DNA of 64,000 nt. Source: an uncultured OCS116 cluster bacterium (GTDB lineage: Bacteria; Pseudomonadota; Alphaproteobacteria; Rhizobiales; TMED25). The stretch covers positions 13,434 to 77,433 of the forward strand of contig CACPAS010000001.1 of assembly GCA_902632055.1 (NCBI GenBank), in the 5' to 3' direction. Within the stretch, counting starts at the first letter, position 1. Every line of letters begins with the position of its first letter. Shown in pieces: positions 49,048-58,440 of this stretch. The notes beneath the pieces are model-generated. The model was not told the DNA's origin. It worked only from the letters and a program-made list of their open reading frames with translations, and searched no databases. The position numbers and the translations under genes were made by a program.

Positions 49048-49404
49048 TTACTTAAGTTCCGCTTGAACCTTGCTAAGTATCTCCATGAATGCTTGTGGTT
49101 CATTTACTGCAAGATCGGCTAGTACTTTTCTATCGATGCTAATTCCAGCCTTGTTCAAACCATGCATAAAAGTTGAATAGCGCATTCCATGCTCTCGGAC
49201 CATTGCATTTATACGCTGGATCCACAAACTTCTAAAGTCTCTTTTTCTAACTTTTCTGTCTCTATAGGCGTACTGTGCTGCTTTTTCTACGGCTTGCTTT
49301 GCAACGCGGATTGTATTCTTTCTTCTTCCATAATATCCCTTTGCTTTTGACAACACTTTTGAGTGTCGAGCATGTGATGTTACGCCTCTTTTAACTCTCG
49401 CCAT
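49048..49404 (-). CDS. rplT: 50S ribosomal protein L20
   Basis: 118 aa. [18 protein letters not shown]... is the canonical L20 N-terminus. Confidence 0.97.
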   Translation of the reverse strand: MARVKRGVTSHARHSKVLSKAKGYYGRRKNTIRVAKQAVEKAAQYAYRDRKVRKRDFRSLWIQRINAMVREHGMRYSTFMHGLNKAGISIDRKVLADLAVNEPQAFMEILSKVQAELK

Positions 49405-49414
49405 CTATTCTATC

Positions 49415-49612
49415 CTAATTATATGGTAAAAACTGTTTTACAATCTTTTGATCAGCATCAGATAACACCGACATACCTCTGGCATTTCTAATAAATTTAT
49501 TAGTTCTTTTGATCATACCGTGTCGCTTGCCTGCTTGTGCACACATTATCTTGCCACTCTTTGTGACTTTAAATCTTTTCTTGGCTCCAGATTTAGTTTT
49601 TAATTTTGGCAT
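49415..49612 (-). CDS. rpmI: 50S ribosomal protein L35
   Basis: 65 aa. [17 protein letters not shown] is the canonical L35 N-terminus. Confidence 0.95.
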   Translation of the reverse strand: MPKLKTKSGAKKRFKVTKSGKIMCAQAGKRHGMIKRTNKFIRNARGMSVLSDADQKIVKQFLPYN

Positions 49613-49712
49613 TATTTTACAAATTTTACAGAATTTACAAACTATGTGACTTTATAGGCTAGGTAAGAACTATTTACAATAGAAAAATATAAAAATCTTT
49701 GATTAAACTAAT

Positions 49713-50255
49713 TTATTTAGGTGCTAGTACCATGATGATTTGCCGCCCTTCAAATTTTGGCTCAAGCTCAACTTTCGCTAGCTCATCAGTATCGTCTTTT
49801 ATGCGATCGAATAGCTTCACCCCAAGTTCCGCATGTGACATTTCACGCCCACGAAACATTAGTGATATTTTCACTTTATCCCCAAATTCAATAAACTTCT
49901 TCATATTCCTTAATTTTACTTCATAGTCATGAGTATCAATATTCGGACGCATCTTAATTTCTTTCACGCCAATTACTTTCTGCTTTTTTTTTGCCTCAGC
50001 TGCTTTCTTTTGAGATTGGTACTTGAACTTACCATAATCCATTATTTTACAAACGGGTAAGTCTGTGTTTGGAGATATTTCCACAAGGTCTAGTGAAAAT
50101 TTTTCTGCCTCCTGTAAACCAATATCTAGAGTTACTTCACCATAATTTTCGCTGTTCGGTCCTATAAGTCTGATTTTTCCTGCATCTATTAAATTATTTA
50201 TTTTGTGTGCAGGCTCAGTTTTTTTTCTTGCGAAATCTTCTGTTCTTCTTGCTAT
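49713..50255 (-). CDS. infC: translation initiation factor IF-3 (non-canonical ATA start)
   Basis: The ORF-track model (start 50084) begins at a GTG inside the conserved DLVEISPN motif. The frame stays open upstream to a TAA and encodes the IF-3 N-domain (INNLIDAGKIRLIGPNSENYGEV). There is no ATG/GTG/TTG in that stretch. An ATA at 50255-50253 lies 7 nt after GGAG (50266-50263). Confidence 0.85.
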   Translation of the reverse strand: MARRTEDFARKKTEPAHKINNLIDAGKIRLIGPNSENYGEVTLDIGLQEAEKFSLDLVEISPNTDLPVCKIMDYGKFKYQSQKKAAEAKKKQKVIGVKEIKMRPNIDTHDYEVKLRNMKKFIEFGDKVKISLMFRGREMSHAELGVKLFDRIKDDTDELAKVELEPKFEGRQIIMVLAPK

Positions 50256-50337
50256 GGGTAATCTCCAATATTAGTTTTTCTAAGAATTATAAATATATAT
50301 AAAATTTTGGACAAATCAAATAATTATTACTACCTAA

Positions 50338-51210
50338 TCAACTATTAAGCTCATCTTTTAAAATTTCCTGTAAGCCAATTTTGTAATTTGGATATTCTAA
50401 TTGTAGGCTCAACTTTTCTTTTATTTTTTCATTCCTGATGTACTTAGTCTCTGAGTAGAAACTCCTTCCCATTTCTGATAAATTTGCTTCGCTAAATATA
50501 ACAGGATCGGGTGGATCTATGTTTAATAGATTTGCTGCAAATTCGACAACATCTTGAGGAGGGGCGGGCATATCGTCCGAAATGTTAAAGATCTCTGATT
50601 TAATATCTGAAACTGAAAGCATGTAAATAATTCTGGCGATATCTGCAACATGTATCCTATTAAAGATATGCCCCTTCTTAATAATTCTTTTCGCATTGCC
50701 ATTTATCAAATTTCTAATTTGATTTCTGCCAACCCCATAAATGCCAGATAGGCGAAGTATATTCAGTGTAACACCCAATTTGTTACACAAATCTGTCCAT
50801 TGCTTTTCTGCCAATACTCGATACCTCGCTCGATCCGACTTTGGATTTATAATATATTTCTCATCTACACTTGATCCATTTGCATCACCATATACAGCAG
50901 TTGTTGATAGATAAACAACTCTATTAATTGATGTCTTAAGAGCTTTGGCTATATCTTCATAATTTGACTGTAATACAATATCACCCTCACTGTCTGGGGC
51001 AATTGATACCAAGAGAACGTTTGAATTTGCTAACGACTCACCTATGTTTATTTTACCTTTACCAGGATTATATTCGGTAAACTCAATGTTTAAATTTACT
51101 TTTTTATTTATATCACGGCTTGTTCCTGCAACAATCCAATTCTGATTGAGAAAATATGCACATGTATTCAATCCAGTAAACCCAACACCAAAGCAAAATA
51201 ATTTATTCAA
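50338..51210 (-). CDS. NAD-dependent epimerase/dehydratase-family (extended SDR) protein
   Basis: 290 aa. N-terminal FGVGFTG glycine-rich loop, YGxxK-like region (SGIYGVGRN), overall extended-SDR length. Confidence 0.65.
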   Translation of the reverse strand: MNKLFCFGVGFTGLNTCAYFLNQNWIVAGTSRDINKKVNLNIEFTEYNPGKGKINIGESLANSNVLLVSIAPDSEGDIVLQSNYEDIAKALKTSINRVVYLSTTAVYGDANGSSVDEKYIINPKSDRARYRVLAEKQWTDLCNKLGVTLNILRLSGIYGVGRNQIRNLINGNAKRIIKKGHIFNRIHVADIARIIYMLSVSDIKSEIFNISDDMPAPPQDVVEFAANLLNIDPPDPVIFSEANLSEMGRSFYSETKYIRNEKIKEKLSLQLEYPNYKIGLQEILKDELNS

Positions 51211-51213
51211 TAT

Positions 51214-52335
51214 CTAACTCCATTCACAGATAACTAAAGGATCGCACTCTTCTAAGATATATATCTTACGTAATTTTTGAAATTCCTTTTTCGAGATAAT
51301 TTTCTTTAGCGCCCATATTGCAGTTGCTCTTATTATTGATGATTCATGTTTGATAAATTTTTTAACCTTCGTCGATATCTCATGTGATCCCGAATTCCCT
51401 GCTGCAATTAGAACATTTCTGAGGAATCTATCTTTGCCAATTCTTTTTATTGGTGAACTTTCAAAAAATTTATTAAATAGATTATAATCAAATTCTAGAA
51501 AAAAAGATAAATCTGGCATGTCCAGAGTCTCTTTTGCCTTGAGGCGAATATCCCTTGTCTCGGATGCAAACTTGTTCCATGGACAAACGGCAAGGCAGTC
51601 ATCACAACCATATATGCGATTACCTATTAATTCCCTGAATTCTACTGGGATATGCCCTTTATATTCAATGGTGAGATATGATATGCACTTTCTAGAGTCA
51701 AGTTTATATGGTGAAATAATTGCATTTGTTGGACAAATATCCATACATGACGAACAACTTCCGCAATGATCTAATTCCGGGGCTGATCCTTCGAGCTTAA
51801 TTGGTAATAGGAGAACTCCTAAAAAAAACCATGATCCTAATTTCCGGCTGACAAGATTTGAATGTTTTCCCTGCCACCCAACACCTGCTATTTGTGCAAT
51901 TGGCTTCTCCATAATCGGAGCTGTATCAACAAAAAACTTGGAATCGATGCTATAGCTATCTTGAAGCCATATACTTAAATTGTTCAAGCTTTTTTTCATG
52001 AGCTCATGATAGTCATTTGCTCTAGCGTAGACAGAGATATTTGCCTTAAGCTTTTCTTGGATATTATTAAGTGGGTTATGTTGAGGAGCATAATTTTTAG
52101 AGACAACAATGACTGATTTTGCATCTTGCCATACATTACTCGGATGTGATCTCCTATCTTTATTTTTCTCTAACCATATCATATCACCATGGTAGCCATT
52201 TTTAAGATACTCTTCTAAGCTATCTTTTTGGTCCGGGATATCTGTAATATCTGTAATGCCTATGTCATCAAAACCAAGCATCTCTATTTTAGCTTTTAGG
52301 ACTTCTTTTGTTATTAATTTCATATTGCAATTCAA
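51214..52335 (-). CDS. queG: tRNA epoxyqueuosine(34) reductase
   Basis: 373 aa. Two 4Fe-4S ferredoxin motifs (CGSCSSCMDICP and CDDCLAVCP) and HEAT-like C-terminus, matching the QueG layout. Confidence 0.9.
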   Translation of the reverse strand: MNCNMKLITKEVLKAKIEMLGFDDIGITDITDIPDQKDSLEEYLKNGYHGDMIWLEKNKDRRSHPSNVWQDAKSVIVVSKNYAPQHNPLNNIQEKLKANISVYARANDYHELMKKSLNNLSIWLQDSYSIDSKFFVDTAPIMEKPIAQIAGVGWQGKHSNLVSRKLGSWFFLGVLLLPIKLEGSAPELDHCGSCSSCMDICPTNAIISPYKLDSRKCISYLTIEYKGHIPVEFRELIGNRIYGCDDCLAVCPWNKFASETRDIRLKAKETLDMPDLSFFLEFDYNLFNKFFESSPIKRIGKDRFLRNVLIAAGNSGSHEISTKVKKFIKHESSIIRATAIWALKKIISKKEFQKLRKIYILEECDPLVICEWS

Positions 52336-53024
52336 AAATCAGGATTTGAGTAGTGGCTGGGAGGTTGAAATCCAGCTATGCGATCTTCTAAGATTGGTGA
52401 AAATGATGGTCGTGACTTTATTCTCGCGTACCAATTTTTAATTTCTAACCATTTATCCCAATCAATTTTATTCAAATAATCAAGACATGATATGTGAGAT
52501 GCAGCAGCAATATCTGCCTGGGAAATAACCTCCCCAGCAATCCAGCTTCTAGAACTTATGAGATGCGAGAGATACTCCAGATGATATATCGAATTCTCAT
52601 GAGCTATTCTTAGCAACTCCATATTTGGACTTTTGTCATTAATTCTATTTTTCATGTAATACTTATCAATTAATTCCCTTAAAATTATTTTACTAACCTC
52701 ATTATAAAATTTGTTGTCATACCAATCAACAAGCCTTCTAATCTCAGCTTTTGACGAGAGATTACCTGAAATAAGCGAGGCAACGTTTGTGGTATGACTA
52801 TATTTTTCTTCAATATATTCAATTATCGCATAATTATTTATAATAATATTATCAGCCTCATCTATCAGAACAGGGAGAGATCTTGCGGGATTAATCGCAA
52901 GAAATTCCTTTCTCTCATTCCAAATTATCTCGTCAATCGTCACGAAACTTATGTTATATTCTTCCAGTGTGAGTCTTACTCTTCTTGAAAAGGGACAAAG
53001 TTTAAATTGAAATAGTTTAATCAT
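52332..53024 (-). CDS. glutathione S-transferase family protein
   Basis: 230 aa. Thioredoxin-like N-domain with CPFSRRVR and SLPVL, plus a helical C-domain. 4-nt overlap with queG. Confidence 0.85.
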   Translation of the reverse strand: MIKLFQFKLCPFSRRVRLTLEEYNISFVTIDEIIWNERKEFLAINPARSLPVLIDEADNIIINNYAIIEYIEEKYSHTTNVASLISGNLSSKAEIRRLVDWYDNKFYNEVSKIILRELIDKYYMKNRINDKSPNMELLRIAHENSIYHLEYLSHLISSRSWIAGEVISQADIAAASHISCLDYLNKIDWDKWLEIKNWYARIKSRPSFSPILEDRIAGFQPPSHYSNPDF

Positions 53025-53111
53025 ATTATTATTTAAGATATATTATATAAAATTTGTAAAAAATATTCTTTAATAATACATTACTTTCTCTCTAAAAATA
53101 GGTTTAATAGT

Positions 53112-54017
53112 ATGAGTTGGCTTCCCACTTCAAAAAAAAAATTAGAGGATGATCGGCATATTGATGCGATAATATTGCCAAGAACTAGTGATATTGGTAA
53201 TTTTGAAGTTCGAAGAGCGCTTCCCTCAAAAGAAAAACAAATGGTTGGACCATTTATTTTTTGGGATCAAATGGGTCCCGGGGAATTTCTCTCTGGAGCG
53301 GGTTTAGATGTTAGACCGCATCCACATATTGGTTTATCTACAATAACCTATCTCTTCAAAGGTACAATGGATCACAAAGACTCACTTGGTAATGACGTAA
53401 GAATTGAACCAGGAGATATTAATCTCATGTCAGCTGGCGGTGGAATTGTTCACTCAGAGAGAACCGGACAAGATATTCGTCAGTTGCCATCAGAATTATT
53501 TGGAATACAGAGCTGGATTGCTCAGCCGAAAAAATATGAAGACGCTGAGCCATCATTCCAAAATATATGCTCTAAAGAAATTACTAAGATCGATAGCAAG
53601 GGTGTCAAAGGAAAAATTCTATTTGGTGAACTGGACGGATTAAAGTCATCAATTGACGCACAATGGGGTACGCTATATCTTGACGTTACAATTGAGGAAA
53701 AAAATAAATTTAATATTCCACCAACATTCATTGAAAGAGCTATTTATCTAATTTCGGGCAATGCAAATATTCTCGGAACAAAGCTACCCTTGAATACATT
53801 AATTGTGCTTAAACCGTCATTAGATATTACATTAGAAGCGACTGAATGTACTCGATTACTTGTACTTGGTGGGGAGCCCATGGATGGACCAAGATATATT
53901 TACTGGAACTTCGTATCCTCAAGGAAAGATAAAATTGAAGATGCCAAAAATAAATGGCTTCACGGCAACTTCCCCTTAATTCGAACTGATAAGCAAGAGT
54001 TTATTCCACTGCCTTGA
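53112..54017 (+). CDS. pirin family protein
   Basis: 301 aa bicupin. Metal site HPHIGLSTITY...H..E (VHSERTG) in the N-terminal cupin. Confidence 0.9.
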   Translation: MSWLPTSKKKLEDDRHIDAIILPRTSDIGNFEVRRALPSKEKQMVGPFIFWDQMGPGEFLSGAGLDVRPHPHIGLSTITYLFKGTMDHKDSLGNDVRIEPGDINLMSAGGGIVHSERTGQDIRQLPSELFGIQSWIAQPKKYEDAEPSFQNICSKEITKIDSKGVKGKILFGELDGLKSSIDAQWGTLYLDVTIEEKNKFNIPPTFIERAIYLISGNANILGTKLPLNTLIVLKPSLDITLEATECTRLLVLGGEPMDGPRYIYWNFVSSRKDKIEDAKNKWLHGNFPLIRTDKQEFIPLP

Positions 54018-54062
54018 GTTAATTTACTTTAATAAAGCAACCAATATAATATAATTCCTATC

Positions 54063-54848
54063 ATGGTTGAATATTTACTACTTCTCTCAATAGTGCAGGG
54101 TATAACAGAATTTCTTCCGATAAGTTCATCGGCTCATTTAGTATTCATAAATACTTTTAGTCAAACTATTGATCAATCTGTCCAAGTAGATCTGAGTTTA
54201 CACATTGGCTCACTTCTAGCTTTGATAGTTTATTTTTTACAAAACCCTCTTAAATCAAAAAAAATAACGAATTATAATCCGGATTTTTTGTCACCCCGGA
54301 ATTCAATTTATCTTATTTTATTCAGCGCTTTACCAACAATGTTGTTGGCATACTTTTTTCTGAATTATAATTTAATTTATACAATCAGAGAGAACATACG
54401 TGTAATCGTTTGGTGTAATTTAATATTTGCATTACTTCTATTTCTCGGAGATTACTATGGGGGGAAATTAAACAAAAGCCTTACTAAAAAAAACTTGTTT
54501 GTCTTGGCAATATTTCAATCTATATCACTGATTCCCGGCGTGAGTAGATCTGGTATATGCATAACTGTCTCAAGATTTTTAGGCTTTAGTAGAACGGAAT
54601 CATCTATTATTGCTACAGTTATGTCTTTTCCAATATTATTCGCAAGCCTCATTTATATCACAATAACAATTTATCAAAAAAAAGATATATTCCTTACCAA
54701 CACAATATTTCTTGCCATAATCCTCTCATTTCTTACATCTTACTTTTCGATAAAAATAATAATTGAATTTATAGATCGAATAAAAATATATCCTTTCGTC
54801 ATTTATCGAGTCTGCGTAAGCTTGATAATTTTATATTTTATCAGTTGA
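54063..54848 (+). CDS. uppP: undecaprenyl-diphosphate phosphatase
   Basis: 261 aa. GITEFLPISSSAHL and PGVSRSG motifs of BacA/UppP. Confidence 0.93.
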   Translation: MVEYLLLLSIVQGITEFLPISSSAHLVFINTFSQTIDQSVQVDLSLHIGSLLALIVYFLQNPLKSKKITNYNPDFLSPRNSIYLILFSALPTMLLAYFFLNYNLIYTIRENIRVIVWCNLIFALLLFLGDYYGGKLNKSLTKKNLFVLAIFQSISLIPGVSRSGICITVSRFLGFSRTESSIIATVMSFPILFASLIYITITIYQKKDIFLTNTIFLAIILSFLTSYFSIKIIIEFIDRIKIYPFVIYRVCVSLIILYFIS

Positions 54849-54850
54849 AT

Positions 54851-55765
54851 TTAACTTGAAAAACGCCCCAAATATTCTGAAATAATATTTTTCGCGGAGC
54901 AAGCTTCAATATTGTAATCTTCGAGCTTCCCAATCTCATCGTCTTCGCTATTAAATAAGATATTGTCTGTCTTTAGCGACTCTAGCTGATCAAATGTGAT
55001 AGGCCTTTTTGGTAAAACTTGCATTGGCGTTATGAATATTTTTGATAATGAAAATGGTATTGGGATTAGGAGTCTTTTCTTACCGATCGTAGTCAAGATT
55101 AATTCAATAACTTCCCGCAGTGAATAAATTTCTCTACCCCCAATTTCATAAACATTTTTCTTATTTGTATCTTTTAAATGAAGTATTATCAGCTTGACTA
55201 AATCAAGCACATAAACTGGTTGAAATTTTGTATCTCCGTTTCCAATTAAAGGGAAAATTGGAACTAGAGATAAAATCCTTGCAAATTGATTAAAAAAATT
55301 ATCATCATACCCAAATACAATAGAGGGTCGAATTATTGTATAATTCTTATTCTCGCTCTTTATAGACAGCTCACCCATCGCCTTACTTCTTTGATATTTT
55401 GAACTTGAGTCAATATCAGCACCCAATGATGAGATATGTATCAGTCTAAGTACACCATATTCAGTAGAAATCTTAGCAATAATCCTTGGGAGCTCAGAGT
55501 GTATGTATTCAAACTTTTGTTTTTTTCTTTCCTCTAGGATACCAATCAGGTTTATAACGTAATCTGAACCTTGAATAAATTTTTTAATAGAATGCTCATC
55601 CTTCACATTAACCTTTGTCACTTCAATTTGCCCCGGAACACCCGAGACATATAAATGATTTGCAGTTGACGGATTCCTGGTTCCAATTTTTATTCTAAAT
55701 CCGTCTTTAGCGAGCTCTCGAACCAAATTCCTACCTATGAAGCCATTGCCGCCGAAGATAGACAC
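54851..55765 (-). CDS. NDUFA9-like NAD(P)H-binding SDR-family protein
   Basis: 304 aa with a GTG start. IFGGNGFIGRNLVREL Rossmann motif and YQRSK (YxxxK). Confidence 0.75.
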   Translation of the reverse strand: MSIFGGNGFIGRNLVRELAKDGFRIKIGTRNPSTANHLYVSGVPGQIEVTKVNVKDEHSIKKFIQGSDYVINLIGILEERKKQKFEYIHSELPRIIAKISTEYGVLRLIHISSLGADIDSSSKYQRSKAMGELSIKSENKNYTIIRPSIVFGYDDNFFNQFARILSLVPIFPLIGNGDTKFQPVYVLDLVKLIILHLKDTNKKNVYEIGGREIYSLREVIELILTTIGKKRLLIPIPFSLSKIFITPMQVLPKRPITFDQLESLKTDNILFNSEDDEIGKLEDYNIEACSAKNIISEYLGRFSS

Positions 55766-55901
55766 GATTTTGCTTTTATTTGATGGTATATTTATTTTCT
55801 AGTCTCTATCGAAGTTATGATAAAATAATATAATTTAATTAATAGAGAATATAATATATATTCAACATAAAAAAAATAGAATTTGTGTAAAAGGATTTGA
55901 A

Positions 55902-56528
55902 TTGGAAAGTAAATTATCAAAAATATATATACATCATGATGATCTACCTAGTGATTTGTGTTTAACCAATCAAGTTGCAATAGATACAGAAACACTAGGC
56001 CTGAATCCTGCTCGAGATAGACTCTGCTTGATACAAATCAATGATGGTAAAGAGGGTACACACTTAATCAGAATTTCTTCCCCCATAAAACCCGCACCCA
56101 ACCTGATTAAAGTCCTTGAAAGTAAGAAAATACAGAAACTATTTCACTTTGCGCGGTTTGATGTGGCTGTTATGACAAAATCCTATGGTATATCTATCAA
56201 TAATATTTATTGTACAAAAATTGCATCGAAAATAGCTAGGACATACACTGATAAGCACAGCTTAAAATCACTCTGTGATGAACTATTGAACATTACTCTT
56301 TCAAAAGAAGAGCAGAGCTCTGATTGGGGTGCTGAAGAGCTGACGGATAGTCAAAAGAAATATGCAGCAAATGATGTAATTTACTTACATAAAATTAAAC
56401 AGTGCCTCGACTCAATGTTAGAAAGAGAAAATCGCATAGATCTCGCTAAATCATGTTTTGAATTTATAAATACACAGGTGGAATTAGATCTAAGGGGCTG
56501 GGGTAATCAAAATATTTTCGATCACTAA
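55902..56528 (+). CDS. short RNase D-like 3'-5' exonuclease (DEDDy)
   Basis: 208 aa with a TTG start. ExoI VAIDTET, ExoII HFARFD, ExoIII YAANDVIYL. Confidence 0.8.
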   Translation: MESKLSKIYIHHDDLPSDLCLTNQVAIDTETLGLNPARDRLCLIQINDGKEGTHLIRISSPIKPAPNLIKVLESKKIQKLFHFARFDVAVMTKSYGISINNIYCTKIASKIARTYTDKHSLKSLCDELLNITLSKEEQSSDWGAEELTDSQKKYAANDVIYLHKIKQCLDSMLERENRIDLAKSCFEFINTQVELDLRGWGNQNIFDH

Positions 56529-57203
56529 ATGATGACAAATACTTCTGCGAATACTGCTAAAAATAAGAAAAATGATCAAATTGACAAAGCAAATTCTCAC
56601 ACAAGGAATTTAAAAATAATCAATAATTTTATTGTTTTTCTTATTTTTTTAGGTGTAGGTGGCCTAATTTATTATTTTAATTTGGAAGAACAGGAAGTAA
56701 CAGAAGTCGAAACTATAACTCCTGAATCTATAGAAAAAAGTACAAATATGACTGAGAATATTATAGAAATAAAAAATTCAGTTATTTCAGGTATAGATGG
56801 GCAAAATCAGTATTATGAAATAAGTTCAGAACGAACATGGAATTCGATAGATGATAAAGATATCGTTAAAATGACTGGTATCCGCACAAAGCTATTACTT
56901 AAAAATGATCTCGAAGTAAATATTGTTGGTAAAAGTGCCCTATTTAATAACAAAACAAAGTATCTAAAATTGGAGAGTGATATTGAAATATCATCCAATA
57001 ATAAATTCGAAGTTTTCATTAAAAATATTGATATAGATCTACGAAAAAAAATAATTTCGAGCCTAAGCCCAGTAAAAATTAGATATGAGGATATATGTAT
57101 TGAGGGGAAAAATTTTGAAATAAATAATAATGGAGATAAGATAAGGTTCACAGATGGCGTCAACTTCATTATTGGGGAGAATAATCAATGCATAACGTCC
57201 TAA
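56529..57203 (+). CDS. lptC: LptC-like LPS export protein
   Basis: 224 aa. N-terminal TM anchor then beta-rich periplasmic part. Sits immediately upstream of lptA-lptB-rpoN. Sequence assignment is weak; it rests mainly on position. Confidence 0.55.
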   Translation: MMTNTSANTAKNKKNDQIDKANSHTRNLKIINNFIVFLIFLGVGGLIYYFNLEEQEVTEVETITPESIEKSTNMTENIIEIKNSVISGIDGQNQYYEISSERTWNSIDDKDIVKMTGIRTKLLLKNDLEVNIVGKSALFNNKTKYLKLESDIEISSNNKFEVFIKNIDIDLRKKIISSLSPVKIRYEDICIEGKNFEINNNGDKIRFTDGVNFIIGENNQCITS

Positions 57204-57688
57204 AACAATTATTCATAATCTTGGTTATTTCATACTTTGCTTCAACACAAAGTATTTCTTCAGAAAGTATAAAATCACTTTTTAGTAATTCAGCATTAAA
57301 TATAGAAAGCTCAAGCTTAGAAATTATTGACAGTGAGAAAAAAGCAATATTCACAGGCCAAGTAAGGATATCACACGACAGCACATTACTTGCCACAGAT
57401 AATTTAACATTACTCTATTCATTCGATGATGCGACAGGCGATATACAGGTTCAAAAAATTACCTGCGAAGGCAATGTGCTAATTGAATATGAAAATCAGG
57501 TAATAACAAGTGCATATGCAGTATATGATGCGGAGTCAAGCCAATTGGTATTTAGCGAGGAGGTGCTTATTAGTCGTGATGAGGGAAATGCAATTAAAGC
57601 TGATAAAGTCTCTATTGATTTGAATACAATGAGAATAAAAATGAACTCAAAAAGCCGAGTTAAAGCCTTCATCACCCCAAATAGGTAG
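57188..57688 (+). CDS. lptA: LPS transport periplasmic protein LptA (OstA-like)
   Basis: 166 aa. Signal peptide, an OstA_N-like repeat pattern (AIFTGQVRISHDSTLLATDNLTL...), and position upstream of lptB. Confidence 0.7.
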   Translation: MHNVLKQLFIILVISYFASTQSISSESIKSLFSNSALNIESSSLEIIDSEKKAIFTGQVRISHDSTLLATDNLTLLYSFDDATGDIQVQKITCEGNVLIEYENQVITSAYAVYDAESSQLVFSEEVLISRDEGNAIKADKVSIDLNTMRIKMNSKSRVKAFITPNR

Positions 57689-57703
57689 TTATAGAAGATA
57701 ATT

Positions 57704-58429
57704 ATGCAAGATTTACTCACAATTGAAAATATCGCAAAGGACTATAATGGTATTAATGTTATTAATAATATATCAATTTCAATAAAGCCTGGCGAAATCA
57801 TTGGCCTCCTTGGTCCAAATGGGGCAGGAAAAACAACACTCTTTTATATTATTATGGGTCTTATAAAACCTCGAAAAGGTACAATTAAGTTAAATAAGAA
57901 TGATATTACAAATCTCGCTATGTACAGTCGGGCCCGCCTTGGAATAAGCTATTTACCGCAAGAACCATCTATTTTTAGAGGCATGAATGTGAGAGATAAT
58001 ATAAATTCTATTTTAGAGATAACTGAAAGAAATCAGAAACTTAGGAAAATCAAACTAGAGAAATTACTCGAAATCTTTGGACTTGAGAAAATACAAAGTA
58101 GTTCTGCACGTCTACTTTCTGGAGGGGAAAGAAGGAGAGTTGAGATTGCCAGATCTATCGCAGGTCAACCAAAATACATACTTATGGATGAGCCATTTTC
58201 AGGAGTTGATCCCCTGGCGATTGAAGAGATAAAAAATATCATTAAATCGCTGAGTGCTAGTAATATTGGAGTCTTGATCACAGACCATAATGTTAGAGAG
58301 ACGCTAAGTCTGATTGATAGAGCCTATATTATATATGAGGGGAACATATTGGTTGGTGGTACCTCTGAAGAAATACTCAAAAGTGAAGAGGCCAAAAGAG
58401 TTTATTTAGGTAGTGAATTTAATATATAG
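57704..58429 (+). CDS. lptB: LPS export ABC transporter ATP-binding protein
   Basis: 241 aa. Walker A GPNGAGKTT, signature LSGGERRR, Walker B ILMDEPF, and the C-terminal KRVYLG motif typical of LptB. Confidence 0.93.
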   Translation: MQDLLTIENIAKDYNGINVINNISISIKPGEIIGLLGPNGAGKTTLFYIIMGLIKPRKGTIKLNKNDITNLAMYSRARLGISYLPQEPSIFRGMNVRDNINSILEITERNQKLRKIKLEKLLEIFGLEKIQSSSARLLSGGERRRVEIARSIAGQPKYILMDEPFSGVDPLAIEEIKNIIKSLSASNIGVLITDHNVRETLSLIDRAYIIYEGNILVGGTSEEILKSEEAKRVYLGSEFNI

Positions 58430-58440
58430 TTTTTTTTAAA

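Noticed and set aside
49699-49926. 75-aa plus-strand ORF
   Set aside because: It is antisense to the conserved C-domain of infC. The Ser/Phe-rich product has no motif.
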